A stretch of DNA of 64,000 bases from Eledone cirrhosa (taxonomy: Eukaryota), in contig OZ024751.1 in the NCBI GenBank assembly GCA_964016885.1, forward strand, positions 30,380,001 to 30,444,000. Direction: 5' to 3'. Positions 46,960 to 61,977 of the stretch are shown here, piece after piece; positions within the stretch are counted from its first letter, which is position 1; each line of letters begins with the position of its first letter. Made by a program: the position numbers and the translations under genes. The notes beneath the pieces were generated by a model. That model saw only the letters and a program-made list of their open reading frames with translations, did no database searches and had not been told where the DNA came from.

Positions 46960-47958
46960 TATGTATATATATATGTATATATATATGTATGTATATATAT
47001 ATATGTATATATATATATATGTATGTATATATATATGTATGTATATATATACATGAATATATGTATGTATATATATGTATATATATATGTATGTATATAT
47101 ATACATGAATATATGTATGTATATATATGTATATATATATGTATGTATATATATACATGAATATATGTATGTATATATATGTATATATATATGTATGTAT
47201 ATATATATACATGAATATATGTATGTATATATATATACATGAATATATGTATGTATATATATATACATGAATATATGTATGTATATATATGTATATATAT
47301 ATGTATGTATATATATATACATGAATATATGTATGTATATATATATACATGAATATATGTATGTATATATATATACAGGAATATATGTATGTATATGTAT
47401 GTATATATATACATGAATATATGTATGTATATATATATGTATATATATATATATGTATATATATACATGAATATATGTATGTATATATATATGTGTGTGT
47501 ATATATATGTATATGTATGTATATATATGTATATATGTGTGTATCTGTATGTATATGTATGTATATATATACATGAATATATGTATGTATATATATATGT
47601 ATATATATATATATGTATATATATACATGAATATATGTATGTATATATATATGTGTGTGTATATATATGTATATGTATGTATATATATGTATATATGTGT
47701 GTATCTATATGTATATGTATGTATATATATATATGAATATATGTATGTATATATATGTGTATATATATGTATATATATATGAATATATGTATGTATATAT
47801 GTGTATATATATGTATATATATTTGTATGTATATATATGTATATATATATGTGTATATATATGTATATATATTTGTATGTATATATATGTATATATATGT
47901 GTATATATATGTATATATATGTATATATATTTGTATGTATATATATATATATATGTAC

Positions 47959-48272
47959 GTTTAGGAATAACCAAAGAGTGCTTAGAAATATATTGTTTTA
48001 TTAGCTAACAGTGTTTCATCCATACCCTATGGCAGGAACCATCAGACCCTATAAACAAAAATATATCATAGGTTGCAGGCTCTTTATAGAGTATGGATGA
48101 AACACTTGTAGCTAATAAAACAATGTATTTCTAAGCACTCTTTGGTTATTCCTAAACTTATAACGACTCTGTAGTATACTAGTTATCCTATATTGAGCGA
48201 AAACCACACTGTTATACCAGGGGCAATATATCTGCGTGTCTGTGCACATTGATATACTTGTCAACGAAACTA
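47959..48272. mobile_element. Family C fold-back HHR element
   Basis: Arms ~47959-48027 and 48091-48157. Minus-strand motif CTGATGG-TTCCTGCC ATAG GGTATGGAT-GAAA-CACTG-TT-AGCT. (TA)n-rich flanks. Confidence 0.65.
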
Positions 48273-48292
48273 TATATGTATATGTATATATG

Positions 48293-48331
<39 letters not shown>

Positions 48332-48370
48332 TACACACATGCATATATATATATATATATATATATTTAA

Positions 48371-48550
48371 TATAGGATTAGAACTGTTTCACTCGGGAGA
48401 AATCATCATTGGCTACTTGATGATTTCTCCCGAATGAAACAGTACTAGTCCTGTAGAAGCCATTTCTATATTAAATATTTATACTCTGCTATGTATTGAG
48501 TACCTTACTTACTGTGGTTACCCCCGATTGAACCCGGGATAAACTTAACA
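48371..48550 (+). mobile_element. Family B HHR element with a short inverted duplication
   Basis: HHR at 48410-48462: TGGCTAC-TTGATGA-TTTC TCCC GAAT-GAAA-CAG TACTAGTC CTG-TA-GAAGCCA (C3 mutated). 48371-48408 is an inverted copy of 48418-48455. Relatives lie at 10534-10680, 23414-23449, 35001-35110, 44687-44730, 44881-45008 and 54871-54922. Confidence 0.65.
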
Positions 48551-48900
48551 AACACTCACACACACATATTATATATATGTGGATATGTTGCCAATTTTAC
48601 CAATAAAAACACATGCAATATCGTAAAATTGGCAACATGACCAGCCACAAATATGAACATTTTCTATTTCATCGCACGAATAAATATATCTGAACATGCA
48701 CAGACATATAATAAACACGATAAAATAAAAGTATTTCCATTTAAGAAGTATAATATTATGCTCTAACATGGCCGCAGTTTACACACTGGAACCACTAAAA
48801 TAATTCCTGACAATACATATAAATATTTCACGCTATATTTGTACCGGTCTGTACGAAAATATATTGTACAACAGTGCTTATTTACATATATATATAATAT

Positions 48901-48964
<64 letters not shown>

Positions 48965-49006
48965 TTCAAAATATTAACAAAAATAGAACGTCATTGTGAT
49001 CAAGTA

Positions 49007-49073
49007 TATTTTATTATACATATTTCAGAGGTAGTGAGCTAACTACAACAGTACGTCCTCATCAGATAAAATA
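49007..49073 (-). ncRNA. Type I hammerhead ribozyme, intact core, imperfect stem II
   Basis: Minus strand: TATTTTAT-CTGATGA-GGACGTAC...GTAGT TAGCTC ACTAC CTCT-GAAA-TATGTA-TA-ATAAAATA. Stem I is a perfect 8 bp. It is related to the motif at 1811-1873. Confidence 0.65.
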
Positions 49074-49108
49074 AGATGATGCATGACATACCCTGACATA
49101 GTAGATGG

Positions 49109-49149
<41 letters not shown>

Positions 49150-49638
49150 AGAATACCATTAAGAAAGATGCTCATGTTACATGAATCGATCGTTTATCCA
49201 TTATAATTATTTCAACGGTTCTCTTATGCAATACGCGATGTAACGTATGCATTTCTCGCTGATATGTAAATGGTATCTACATGCATGTATGTATGCGAAA
49301 TGCGCACATATATAATATATATTACATAAATTCACAGACACGCATATATACATGTTCATTTATATATATACCTGTATGTATGTCTATCAAACTGTCTCTC
49401 GCTACATATATATATATATATATATAATGAATTAATAAATAAACGCGGTTTAATATATTATTTAATTGATTTACATGCGGGATTCGATTAATCAATTCCT
49501 TTGTATGGAAACATTAGATAATATAAAAAAGATAGTTCTTTACCAACCGCATATATAAATATATGCTAATACATATATACATATATGCATGTATACATAT
49601 GCATATAAATATATGTATATATATATATATATATATAC

Positions 49639-49692
<54 letters not shown>

Positions 49693-49747
49693 TTTAAGCT
49701 TGTTCAATCCCAACAAATTAAATATAACCTCTGTATATATATACATT

Positions 49748-49778
<31 letters not shown>

Positions 49779-49820
49779 GTATTATATATGCTTTATATAT
49801 ATATATGTATATTATATATG

Positions 49821-49859
<39 letters not shown>

Positions 49860-49940
49860 GCTTTATATATATATATATATATTATATATATATATATATA
49901 TAGATGTGAGAAAAACCACAGACCCTCCATCTCAACTCAC

Positions 49941-49977
49941 CCTTTGAAAAGCAGAAGAACTGCGAAACCGGTAAAGG
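49941..49977 (+). ncRNA. Degenerate minimal hammerhead
   Basis: CCTT-TGAAAA-GCAG AAGAA CTGC-GAAA-CCGG-TA-AAGG. Stem II is perfect and stem III palindromic, but the CUGANGA box is mutated. AATAAA and a T-rich tail follow. Confidence 0.5.
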
Positions 49978-50142
49978 AACCAAATAAATATATATATTTT
50001 TTTAAAAAATAAGACTCCAGTTGCTTTTTCGATTTCATCTCTTTTACTTTATACTTTTACTCGTGTAGGACACCTCGGTTATTTTTCATTTTGTAAAAAA
50101 AACCTCACTTTCTAATATATATATATATATATATTATATATG

Positions 50143-50209
<67 letters not shown>

Positions 50210-50210
50210 G

Positions 50211-50258
<48 letters not shown>

Positions 50259-50343
50259 TTTATATATATATATATATATTATATATGCTTTATATATATA
50301 TATATATTATATATGCTTTATATATATATATATATTATATATG

Positions 50344-50376
<33 letters not shown>

Positions 50377-50384
<8 letters not shown>

Positions 50385-50790
50385 ATACTTGGGAGGGTCA
50401 TATTGTTGTAATAATATTGCCAGAAATAATAACAGAACACACTCACTGTTTGGTTGGTTTTCGCTTCCGCATCGTTTATATCTTCACAGTTAATTCATTT
50501 GGTCAATGTTTATCAACACGAGGAACATAATAGTACCTCTGATGATGTTGCAGATGTGCAACGAAAGAACTTTGTTAGCCTATATATATATATATATGTC
50601 TGTTTATATCTGTATTTTTGACCGTTGGTCAATTAATGATAAACATTGAGGACCAAATGAATTAACTCTGGAGATATAAAAGATACAGAAGCGAAAACCA
50701 ACCAAACAGTGAGTGTGTTCTGTTATTATTTCTGGTAATATTATTAAATATTATTACAACAATATCACCCTCCCCGTGTATAACAATATT
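50377..50790. mobile_element. Inverted-repeat element with an HHR-like motif in the spacer
   Basis: ~140 bp arms 50377-50514 and 50636-50790 (AACAGAACACACTCACTGTTTGGTTGGTTTTCGCTTC and its reverse complement). The spacer contains CTGATGA-T GTTGCA GATG TGCAAC-GAAA at 50539-50566. Confidence 0.6.
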
Positions 50791-50827
50791 TGTTTCGGCA
50801 CACGATTTCATGTCAAAAACCTCGCAA

Positions 50828-50875
<48 letters not shown>

Positions 50876-50901
50876 CATATATTAATATATGCTTGTATAT
50901 T

Positions 50902-50961
<60 letters not shown>

Positions 50962-51535
50962 TTATATATATATATATATATATATATGTATTTATATATA
51001 TATATATATATATATATGTATTTATATATATATATATATATATACATATATATTTATGCATATATATATATACATATATATTTATGCATATATATATATA
51101 CATATATATTTATGCATATATATATATATATGTATTTATATATATATATATACATATATATTTATGCATATATATATATATATATATATATATACAAATA
51201 TGTATATGTATATTTTCACATATATATACATGCATACATATCTACATATATATATATATATATGAATATATATATGAACATATATTTATGTACATTGTAA
51301 ATAAATTTGTTTTTTACATAAATATATTTTTTCTTAGATTTTTCTTCATCTCATTATGCTATATATTATCATGCCTAAATACCTATATATAATTTTGAAT
51401 AAATGAAGCTGTGCAGAAATATGGATTTTAGACTGCATAAAGCATATGAGCTAATATATTGGAATAATTTTATTTCATCGAGTCTTATAATGTGTACGAA
51501 TATATATTTATATATAGACATATATATATACATAT

Positions 51536-51626
<91 letters not shown>

Positions 51627-52012
51627 CATATTTATATACACATAAATATATATACATATATATATATGCATATATTTATATATATATATACATATGTATA
51701 TATACATATACATATTTATATACACATAAATATATATACATATATATATATGCATATATTTATATATATATGTACGTATGTATATATATATATATATATA
51801 TTTATCTATATATATATATTCATGTATATATATATTTGTATATATATATGTCTATATATTTATCTCTATATAAATATTCATGCATATATATATATTTATA
51901 TATGTCTATATATTTATCCTCTATATATATATTCATGCATATATATATATTTATATATATATATATATTTATCTCTGTCTATATATATATTCATCTGTGT
52001 GTATATATATAT

Positions 52013-52073
<61 letters not shown>

Positions 52074-52210
52074 GAATATATTATATGTATATAGTATATG
52101 ATACGAATATATTATATGTATATATTATATGATATGTATATATTATATGATATGTATATATTATATGTATATATTATATGAATAAGATCTCAAAACAAAT
52201 GCATGTTGCG

Positions 52211-52252
<42 letters not shown>

Positions 52253-52641
52253 ACACTGCACACTTAAGGTGTTTCTGTGAATATCATCCATGTGCATATT
52301 GACTGTAGCTTGTAACACATGTATCGGCAGTGATAGAGAAGGTTTGCACGTGACCTATCACTGACATTTTCATCCTGTCTTTTGTCCATAATTTATATCA
52401 ACTTTAAGGTCCATTGCTAAGCCCTACTAAAACCTTCTACCGTCCGTAAAACGCCACTGGTTGTATGCTCTCCTGCCATATATCCAATATGGGAAAATTA
52501 TTTTCACTGGATATGTTTTAGAAATAATTTAATAAATATCATACACGTATATATATAACAATAAGTTTATTATATATTACACTTATATGTACTTGTAGAT
52601 TGTATATACGTAAATATACATATATACATACATACACATAC

Positions 52642-52678
<37 letters not shown>

Positions 52679-52687
52679 CATATACGT

Positions 52688-52737
<50 letters not shown>

Positions 52738-52755
52738 GTATAACCATGTCCATTA

Positions 52756-52793
52756 CGAGCTGAGGATCCGCTAAGGTGAAACAATTGTTCTCG
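52756..52793 (+). ncRNA. Minimal type I hammerhead ribozyme, intact core
   Basis: CGAG-CTGAGGA-TCC GCTAA GGT-GAAA-CAATTG-TT-CTCG. Stem I is 4 bp, stem II is short, stem III CAATTG is palindromic, GUU triplet. It lies in a ~90 bp island between (TA)n tracts. Confidence 0.75.
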
Positions 52794-52874
52794 GTGTGGT
52801 GCACTAACTGTAGTGTAACCACTTCTATATATATATAAACATGCATATAAAACAATTTAATACAGCATTATACC

Positions 52875-53238
52875 CCCAGTAATGCTCTGGTGTCGATATC
52901 ATCGACATGGCCTTATGCGTATATAAGAAACTATTATTATTATATATATATTTGCCTTTCATCCTTACGGGGTCGATAAAATAAAGTACCAGTAATGCAC
53001 TGGTTAATTGTTGGCCTTGTGCCTAACGTAGAAACAATTATTATATATAATATGGCGGTGAATTGGCAGTATCGGTAGAGGGTCGGACACCATGCTTTGA
53101 CACCATGCTTGCCATTCTGAGTTCAAATCCCGCCGAGGTTAATTTTGCCTTTCATCATTACGGGATCGATAAAATAAAGTACCAGTAATGTAATGGGTAA
53201 TTGCTGGCCTTGTGCCAATAGTAGACACAATTATTATT
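52875..53238 (+). mobile_element. SINE family 1 cluster
   Basis: Tail fragment, 3' half at ~52950-53043 and a near-full copy at 53054-53238. Confidence 0.7.
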
Positions 53239-53461
53239 ACATATGATAAAATAACAGTAATGAACTGCGGTCGATTTAAGCATAATTTTTGCAATTTTGC
53301 TGAAATCAGAATCAATTATTATCTTTAGTTCCACTCAACAATTTGAGTGGACTTTGCACGTATTCTCGGTATATTTGTGGAAATATTGATTTCGCATTAA
53401 AATAACACTTGTAAAGTTCTTTGCTGTGAAGAGCTACCTGTTGAATTGTTTATAAATATTT

Positions 53462-53503
<42 letters not shown>

Positions 53504-53563
53504 TTATATATATATATATACATATATTATATATATATATACATATATTATATATATATATAC

Positions 53564-53601
<38 letters not shown>

Positions 53602-53698
53602 TTATATATATATATACATATATTATATATATATATATATATACATATATTATATATATATATATATATACATATATTATATATATATATATATATAC

Positions 53699-53736
<38 letters not shown>

Positions 53737-53841
53737 TTATATATATATATACATATATTATATATATATATATATATATATACATATATTATATATATAT
53801 ATACATATATTATATATATATATATATATACATATATTATA

Positions 53842-53897
<56 letters not shown>

Positions 53898-54252
53898 ATA
53901 TATACATATATTATATATATATATATATATATACATATATTATATATATATATACATATATTATATATATACATATATTATATATATATATACATATATT
54001 ATATATATATATATATACATATATATACATATATATATACATATATATACATATATATATATATACATATATATACATATATATATATTTACATATATTA
54101 TATATATATATATATTTACATATATTATATATATATATATATTTACATATATTATATATATGCATATATTATATATATATATATATATTTACATATATTA
54201 TATATATGCATATATTATATATATATACATCTATATACATATATATATTTAC

Positions 54253-54301
<49 letters not shown>

Positions 54302-54417
54302 TTTTATTTATTTATTTATTTATATATATATATATTATAAGAACAGATTAAATTTTAAGCAAAGAATCGCTGCTTTCATCCTTAACTGAACCTGAAAAAA
54401 AACAGTCTGTGGACATC

Positions 54418-54458
<41 letters not shown>

Positions 54459-54462
<4 letters not shown>

Positions 54463-54592
54463 TATAGCCGTCGAAACCGCTTGAGCTCTGCCGTCGGGGT
54501 TAAACATTTTCCTATTACCCACTCTACTACCCTAAGTATTGAGTACTCTGTGCGTTATGGTCCAACTGGTTCCTTACCACACCTCCTTCGTT
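54459..54592 (+). mobile_element. Family A element, single arm
   Basis: TAGCCGTCGAAACCGCTTGAGCTCTGCCGTCGGGG...CCTCCTTCGTT between (TA)n tracts. Confidence 0.7.
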
Positions 54593-54746
54593 ATATATAT
54601 ATATATATATACATAGGATACTACATCGTACACACTATATTATCATTTCATTATATTTATTCGCCTCTGTATATAATTGATTATTTTTATTCAAAGCTTA
54701 AGAACTCGATTCATGAAATATAATCTCACAATAGAGAAAATATGTG

Positions 54747-54840
<94 letters not shown>

Positions 54841-54985
54841 ATGTATGTGTGAGATTAATATCTTATATACCTGATGATTTCAAATGAATTAAACAATTTT
54901 AGCCCTGTAGATGCTATTTCTATATGACATATATGGATACATACATACATACAATACACACATACACACACATATATGTGTGTTC

Positions 54986-55047
<62 letters not shown>

Positions 55048-55228
55048 GAACAGATTTAAAGTTTAAGCAAAGAATCGCTGCTTTCACCCTTAGCGGGATT
55101 TTCTGAAACTGAAAATATAAAACAATCTGTGGACATTTATTATTACTTTTGTGTGTGTGTGTAAATATATATATATATATATAGTGACGAAATATAAGTC
55201 AATTGCATGAACTCATAATCCTTTATTT

Positions 55229-55283
55229 ACTGCTATATATATTTCGATGATAGCCATTGAATGGCTTGACCTCATCAGGCAGT
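55229..55283 (-). ncRNA. Minimal type I hammerhead ribozyme, intact core
   Basis: Minus strand: ACTGC-CTGATGA-GGTCA AGCCAT TCA ATGGCT ATCATC-GAAA-TATATA-TA-GCAGT. Stem I is 5 bp, stem III is palindromic, AUA triplet. It lies in a ~100 bp island flanked by (TA)n. Confidence 0.75.
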
Positions 55284-55464
55284 TATATATATATATATTG
55301 TTAAAACATCGATACATTTTATGTAAGATGATCATTTTTTTCAGTAAAAAAGCTCAATTCACCTTAGTTCAGAGCATCAGCTATATAAATTTAAAAGATA
55401 TATGGCGTGAGATAAAAGCATATATCGTTTAAGGAGCACATACAATGTTTGTACACATTCTAAA

Positions 55465-55825
55465 ATTAATGTTTAAAATCTGGCATTAATTTATCACCTA
55501 CAGAACTTCATAATGTTCTGTCTCCAGAATAAGTCAACCTGAACCTTTTTAGGATGAATGTGTAGATTCAAATAATTTCTTTTAATTTTGACCAATATAG
55601 TTTAACCTAGCCTGAAAAATGTTTTAAAATTAATATTCAAAACCCGGCATCAATTTATCACCTTCAGAGCTTCAGAAATCTATGTCACCAGAATAAGACA
55701 ACTTGTACCATCTTAGGAATAATGTGAATATTCAAATATATATATATATTATTTTGACCAATACAGTTTAACCTAGCCTGAAATATGATGTTTTAGAATT
55801 AATCTTTAAAATCTGACATTAAGTT
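55465..55825. repeat. Diverged ~165-bp tandem duplication
   Basis: AATTTATCACCT.CAGA.CTTCA...CCAGAATAAG.CAAC...TTTTGACCAATA.AGTTTAACCTAGCCTGAAA occurs twice. Confidence 0.8.
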
Positions 55826-56054
55826 TTGATCAATCTGATTGATTCATACGAAAATAAAAGAAACAAAAATGCTTGCTACTACTGATAGACGTATTTTATT
55901 GAAATATTTATTGAAACTAAGGTTTTCATCTTTATTGTTATAGCCACAATATTTAGGCTAATCGAAGATTGTCGGAGTGATTTACAACTGCGAAAATATT
56001 GTAGCTATAACAACGAAGATGACATCAGTCTTTATATAATGTGTGTATAATAAT

Positions 56055-56410
56055 GGAGGGGAGGGGAAAATCGATTAAGTCGATCCCTGAACGTTACTAT
56101 TATATTATTTTTTCCACCCCATAAGGATAAAAGCAAAGTTAACTTCGACAAGATTTGAACACAAAATGTAAAGTGTCATAACTCTCTGCCACAAAGCTTG
56201 TTGTCCGACGCTCTATCCATTCTGCCAATCCACCACCAAAATGTGTGCGCTATAAATGTTTTTACTTTTAACACAAGCCAGTAATTACCAAGTGCATTAC
56301 TGGTACTTTAATTTATCGATCTCGTAAGAATGAAAGGCAAAATTAACTTCGACGGGATTTGAACTCAGAACGCAGAGGGCCATAACTCTATGCTGCAATG
56401 CATGATGTTT
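56055..56410 (-). mobile_element. Two SINE family 1 copies
   Basis: Copies at ~56055-56237 and ~56255-56410. Confidence 0.7.
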
Positions 56411-56629
56411 GCAGATCCTCCTCATCTCAGTACGTTTCATATAAACTGATATTTCTACTGGTTCGCTGATTGTACAGAAACTGAACTGAGACGATTAATT
56501 TCTTCCATGGAATTGTTTACAATCTTGTATAATTGTTTCCTTGGTTATTTGATGGGTTTATATTTTTACTTCTTTGTGGCGTTGTATATATATATATACT
56601 TTTTCTTCTTATGTATTTGTGCGACGTTG

Positions 56630-56925
<296 letters not shown>

Positions 56926-57018
56926 GTATATATTTATTTATATGCACACACACGGACACATATATGTGTATATATATATGTATATAACAGGCGCGCAAAC
57001 ACACATTATATTTATAAA

Positions 57019-57203
57019 GGCGGTGGATTGGCAGTATCGGTAGGGGCTCGGACGCCATGCTTTGACGCATAGAGTTACGGCCCTGTATGATCCGAGTTCA
57101 AATCCCGCCGAGGTTAACTTTGCCTTTCATCTTTACGGGATCGATAAAATAAAGTACCAGTAATGTACTGGGTAATTGGTGGCCTTGTGCCAAAAGTAGA
57201 AAC

Positions 57204-57208
<5 letters not shown>
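57019..57208 (+). mobile_element. SINE family 1, full length (short-tail variant)
   Basis: Same head and body as the 24416 copy. Confidence 0.8.
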
Positions 57209-57245
<37 letters not shown>

Positions 57246-57348
57246 CGGAAAAAATGAAACGAAATTTCATTTCTCACTCTTAGTACGGCTGTTACTTAAA
57301 TATAAGTATGTACACGTACATACATATATGTATACAGACGTACAGTAG

Positions 57349-57390
<42 letters not shown>

Positions 57391-57796
57391 CATGCACACA
57401 TATATATATCGGTGTGTTTGTAAACAAACATCCCGTATTAAGCCGTAGTGTCCAGCAACCATCGTTGCTCGTTTCTATACGTACATATGTATATGTGTGT
57501 GCATGTATGTATGTATATATATATATACATACTACTGTACGTCTGTATACATATATATATGTACGTGTACATACTTATATATATACATATATATATATAT
57601 ATTGGATGTGTATCGGTCCTCGTCACATGCCACATTTCGATGACTGATTAAAGACATAAAATCTGTATTCTGGGTGGGCGGTAGACAAGTGTCAAGAATT
57701 TTTATGTTTCTGCATTCATAGAACTTAACCTTTCACATCTTTTCAAATTACTTTTCATTCTTTCATTCTTTCATGCATAATACATTCCCTGTCTAT

Positions 57797-57925
57797 CTAC
57801 CTAACTATAACACCACCCTCCACCCTACCTAACTATAACACCACCCTCCACCCTACCTAACTATAACACCACCCTCCACCCTACCTAACTATAACACCAC
57901 CCTCCACTCTACTTAACTATAACTC
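57797..57925. repeat. 28-bp tandem repeat, about 4.5 copies
   Basis: CTACCTAACTATAACACCACCCTCCACC. Confidence 0.9.
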
Positions 57926-57945
57926 TAACTTAATCTCTCTCTCTC

Positions 57946-58014
<69 letters not shown>

Positions 58015-58109
58015 CATACACATACGCACACACACAAACATATATATGTTTATATATATATGTGTGTGTATATATGTACGTGTGTGTCTATCTATCTTCT
58101 CTCTCTGAT

Positions 58110-58159
<50 letters not shown>

Positions 58160-58797
58160 ATGTATATGTATATATATATGTATATGTATATATATATGTA
58201 TATGTATATATATGTATATATGTATATATATATGTATATGTATATATATGTATATATGTATATATATATATGTATATATATATGTATATATATATGTATA
58301 TATATATGTATATATGTATATATATATATGTATATATATATATGTATATATATGTATATATATATATGTATATATATATATGTATATATATATGTATATA
58401 TTTATATATGTATATGTATATGTATATATATATGTATATATATATATGTATATATATATGTATATATGTATATATATATGTATATATATATGTATATATA
58501 TATGTATATATATATGTATATATGTATATATATATATGTATATATATATATGTATATATATGTATATATATATATGTATATATATATGTATATATTTATA
58601 TATATATGTATATATGTATATGTATATGTATATATATATATGTATATATATATGTATATATGTATATATATATGTATATATATATGTATATATGTATATA
58701 TATATGTATATGTATATGTATATGTATATATATATATATATACATATACATACATATAAATATATTTTTCTTCCTAATAATCGTCTTTTTCTCCCTG

Positions 58798-58855
<58 letters not shown>

Positions 58856-58873
58856 TATTAAAGGGAATGCAGA

Positions 58874-58919
<46 letters not shown>

Positions 58920-59319
58920 TCTGCATTCCCTTTAATACCATGAGATAAATTCCTAGTTGCAATCTGAAGTGAGGTCCCATTATTACCAGATCGCTGCCTC
59001 AAGCAATTCTTGATTATGACAGATCCGCGTTATCAAGGAAATACTACTTCTTGTGATGGATTGCTTTGTTTCTATAGATCACTACATCATATCATCGCAC
59101 GCATATTTATGTATATCTATCTCTCTCTATATATATATATATATGTGTATATATATCTGTGTGTGTGCGCGTGTGTATGTGTGTGTATTATATATATATA
59201 TATATATATACATATATATATGTATATATGTATAATATTTATATATAAGGATATATGTATATAGGTATATATATATATGTATATAAATATACATATATAT
59301 ATATACATATATAATTATA

Positions 59320-59351
<32 letters not shown>

Positions 59352-60084
59352 CATTTATATATGTGTGTATATGTATAACATCTATATATAAGCATATATG
59401 TATGTAGGTATATATATATATATGTATATAAGTATATATATATAAGTATATAAATATATATGTATATATATATATAAGTACTTACATGTGCATGTATATA
59501 TATAGATATGTATGTATATATGTATATATATATGTATATGTGTATCTATATGTATATGTATATATATATATATATGTATGTATATGTACGTATATGTATA
59601 TATGTGTATGTATATATACACATATATACACGCGCAAATACATACACATATGTGTGTAGAGAGAGAGCAAGTGAATAATGTAAACTGAAAGACGCGCGCG
59701 AATATAAATCGAAACATATATATTTAAATATTAAGAGAGTCCGCTTCTAACTCTCTCATAAATATATATTAAGATAAACATATATATGCTATTGATTTTC
59801 CGTGGAACCTAATTCTATGAATCTGGCAGCCAATTTGTAATAAAAATATACACACATCCATTGTTTTTATCAACAGAGCCACATAAAACGGCAAAAGAAT
59901 GTTACTTCTTTTTTAATACCCTGTTTCATGCTATAAACTAAATGCAATATTGGGTGTTTCAGTGGAACCTAATTTGTTCCTGAAGATCGTTCGTCACCCG
60001 AAATGTTATGAAACCAAAACGATTTTCCCCTTACAAAATATTGAGAGAAAAATACAGTGTGAGAGAGACTGTTTCTGTGTGTGT

Positions 60085-60250
60085 TTGTACTTGTGTCTGT
60101 CTGTCTCTGTGGGTGTGTTTTTGTGTGTGTCTGTCTCTGTGGGTGTGTTTGTGTGTGTCTGTCTCTGTGGGTGTGTTTTTGTGTGTGTCTGTCTCTGTGG
60201 GTGTGTTTTTGTGTGTGTCTGTCTCTGTGGGTGTGTTTGTGTGTGTGTCT
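60085..60250. repeat. ~30-bp (GT)-derived minisatellite
   Basis: GTGTGTGTCTGTCTCTGTGGGTGTGTTT(TT), about five copies. Confidence 0.8.
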
Positions 60251-60760
60251 TTCGCTTGAGTAAAAAATGTAACAATAGTGTGAAAATGAATTTTAATGAA
60301 AAATAAAATCAATATCCCTTCATGCAAGTTCCTTGCGATATTGGTTCTAAGCCGATTTACAAAGACTCCCTTCTCAGATTTACCATCAGAATTCAATGAA
60401 CAAATCTTCAGTCCATTGGAAACCTCTGACTAAAGGCGGTATTTTTCACGAATAGCGAAATATATTAAATCCTCGCTAAACACTCACTCCTCCGAAAAAT
60501 GAAGTTGACACCTCTTAATGTCCACTCAGGGTTTAAGAGGTGTTTGACTTTATTTTCATACTATTTACCTTTCAAAAAGATATTTTTGATTTTTGTCTTC
60601 GTTTCTCGTTTCTTTTCTTAAATATATTTTCGTAAGTTAGGCGGAGTAGCTGTTAGATGGGGCTTTATAATCCCAAGCCGCGTATTACTTTGTCATTAAG
60701 ATAAGCTACGATATGTATACACGTATATATATCTATATATATATATATATATATATACAC

Positions 60761-61096
<336 letters not shown>

Positions 61097-61134
61097 ATAT
61101 GTATATATGTATGTATATATGTATATATGTATAT

Positions 61135-61188
<54 letters not shown>

Positions 61189-61205
61189 GTATATATGTAT
61201 ATATG

Positions 61206-61252
<47 letters not shown>

Positions 61253-61273
61253 GTATATATATATGTATATATG

Positions 61274-61304
<31 letters not shown>

Positions 61305-61645
61305 GTATATATATATATGTATATATGTATGTATATATATATATGTATATATGTATGTATATGTATATATGTATGTATATATATATATGTATATATGTAT
61401 ATATATATATATGCATGTATGTATATATATATATGTATATATGTATATATATATATGTATATATGTATATATATATATGTATATATGTATATATATATAT
61501 ATATGCATATGTATATATATATATGTATATATGTATATATATATATATATGCATATATGTATATATATATATATATGCATATATGTATATATATATATAT
61601 ATGCATATATGTATATATATATATATATGCATATATGTATATATG

Positions 61646-61676
<31 letters not shown>

Positions 61677-61795
61677 GTATATGTATGTATATATATATAT
61701 GTATATATATATATATGTATATGTATGTATATATATATATGTATGTATATATATATATATATGTATATGTATATATATATATATGTATATGTATG

Positions 61796-61844
<49 letters not shown>

Positions 61845-61867
61845 GTATATGTATATATATATATACT

Positions 61868-61908
<41 letters not shown>

Positions 61909-61929
61909 GTATATGTATATATATATATA

Positions 61930-61977
<48 letters not shown>

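Noticed and set aside
60304-60396. Minus-strand peptide NIARNLHEGILI resembling Wnt MNLHN or a GIY-YIG tail
   Set aside because: It is on the wrong strand for the Wnt-like exon, has no conserved Cys pattern and the match is too short.
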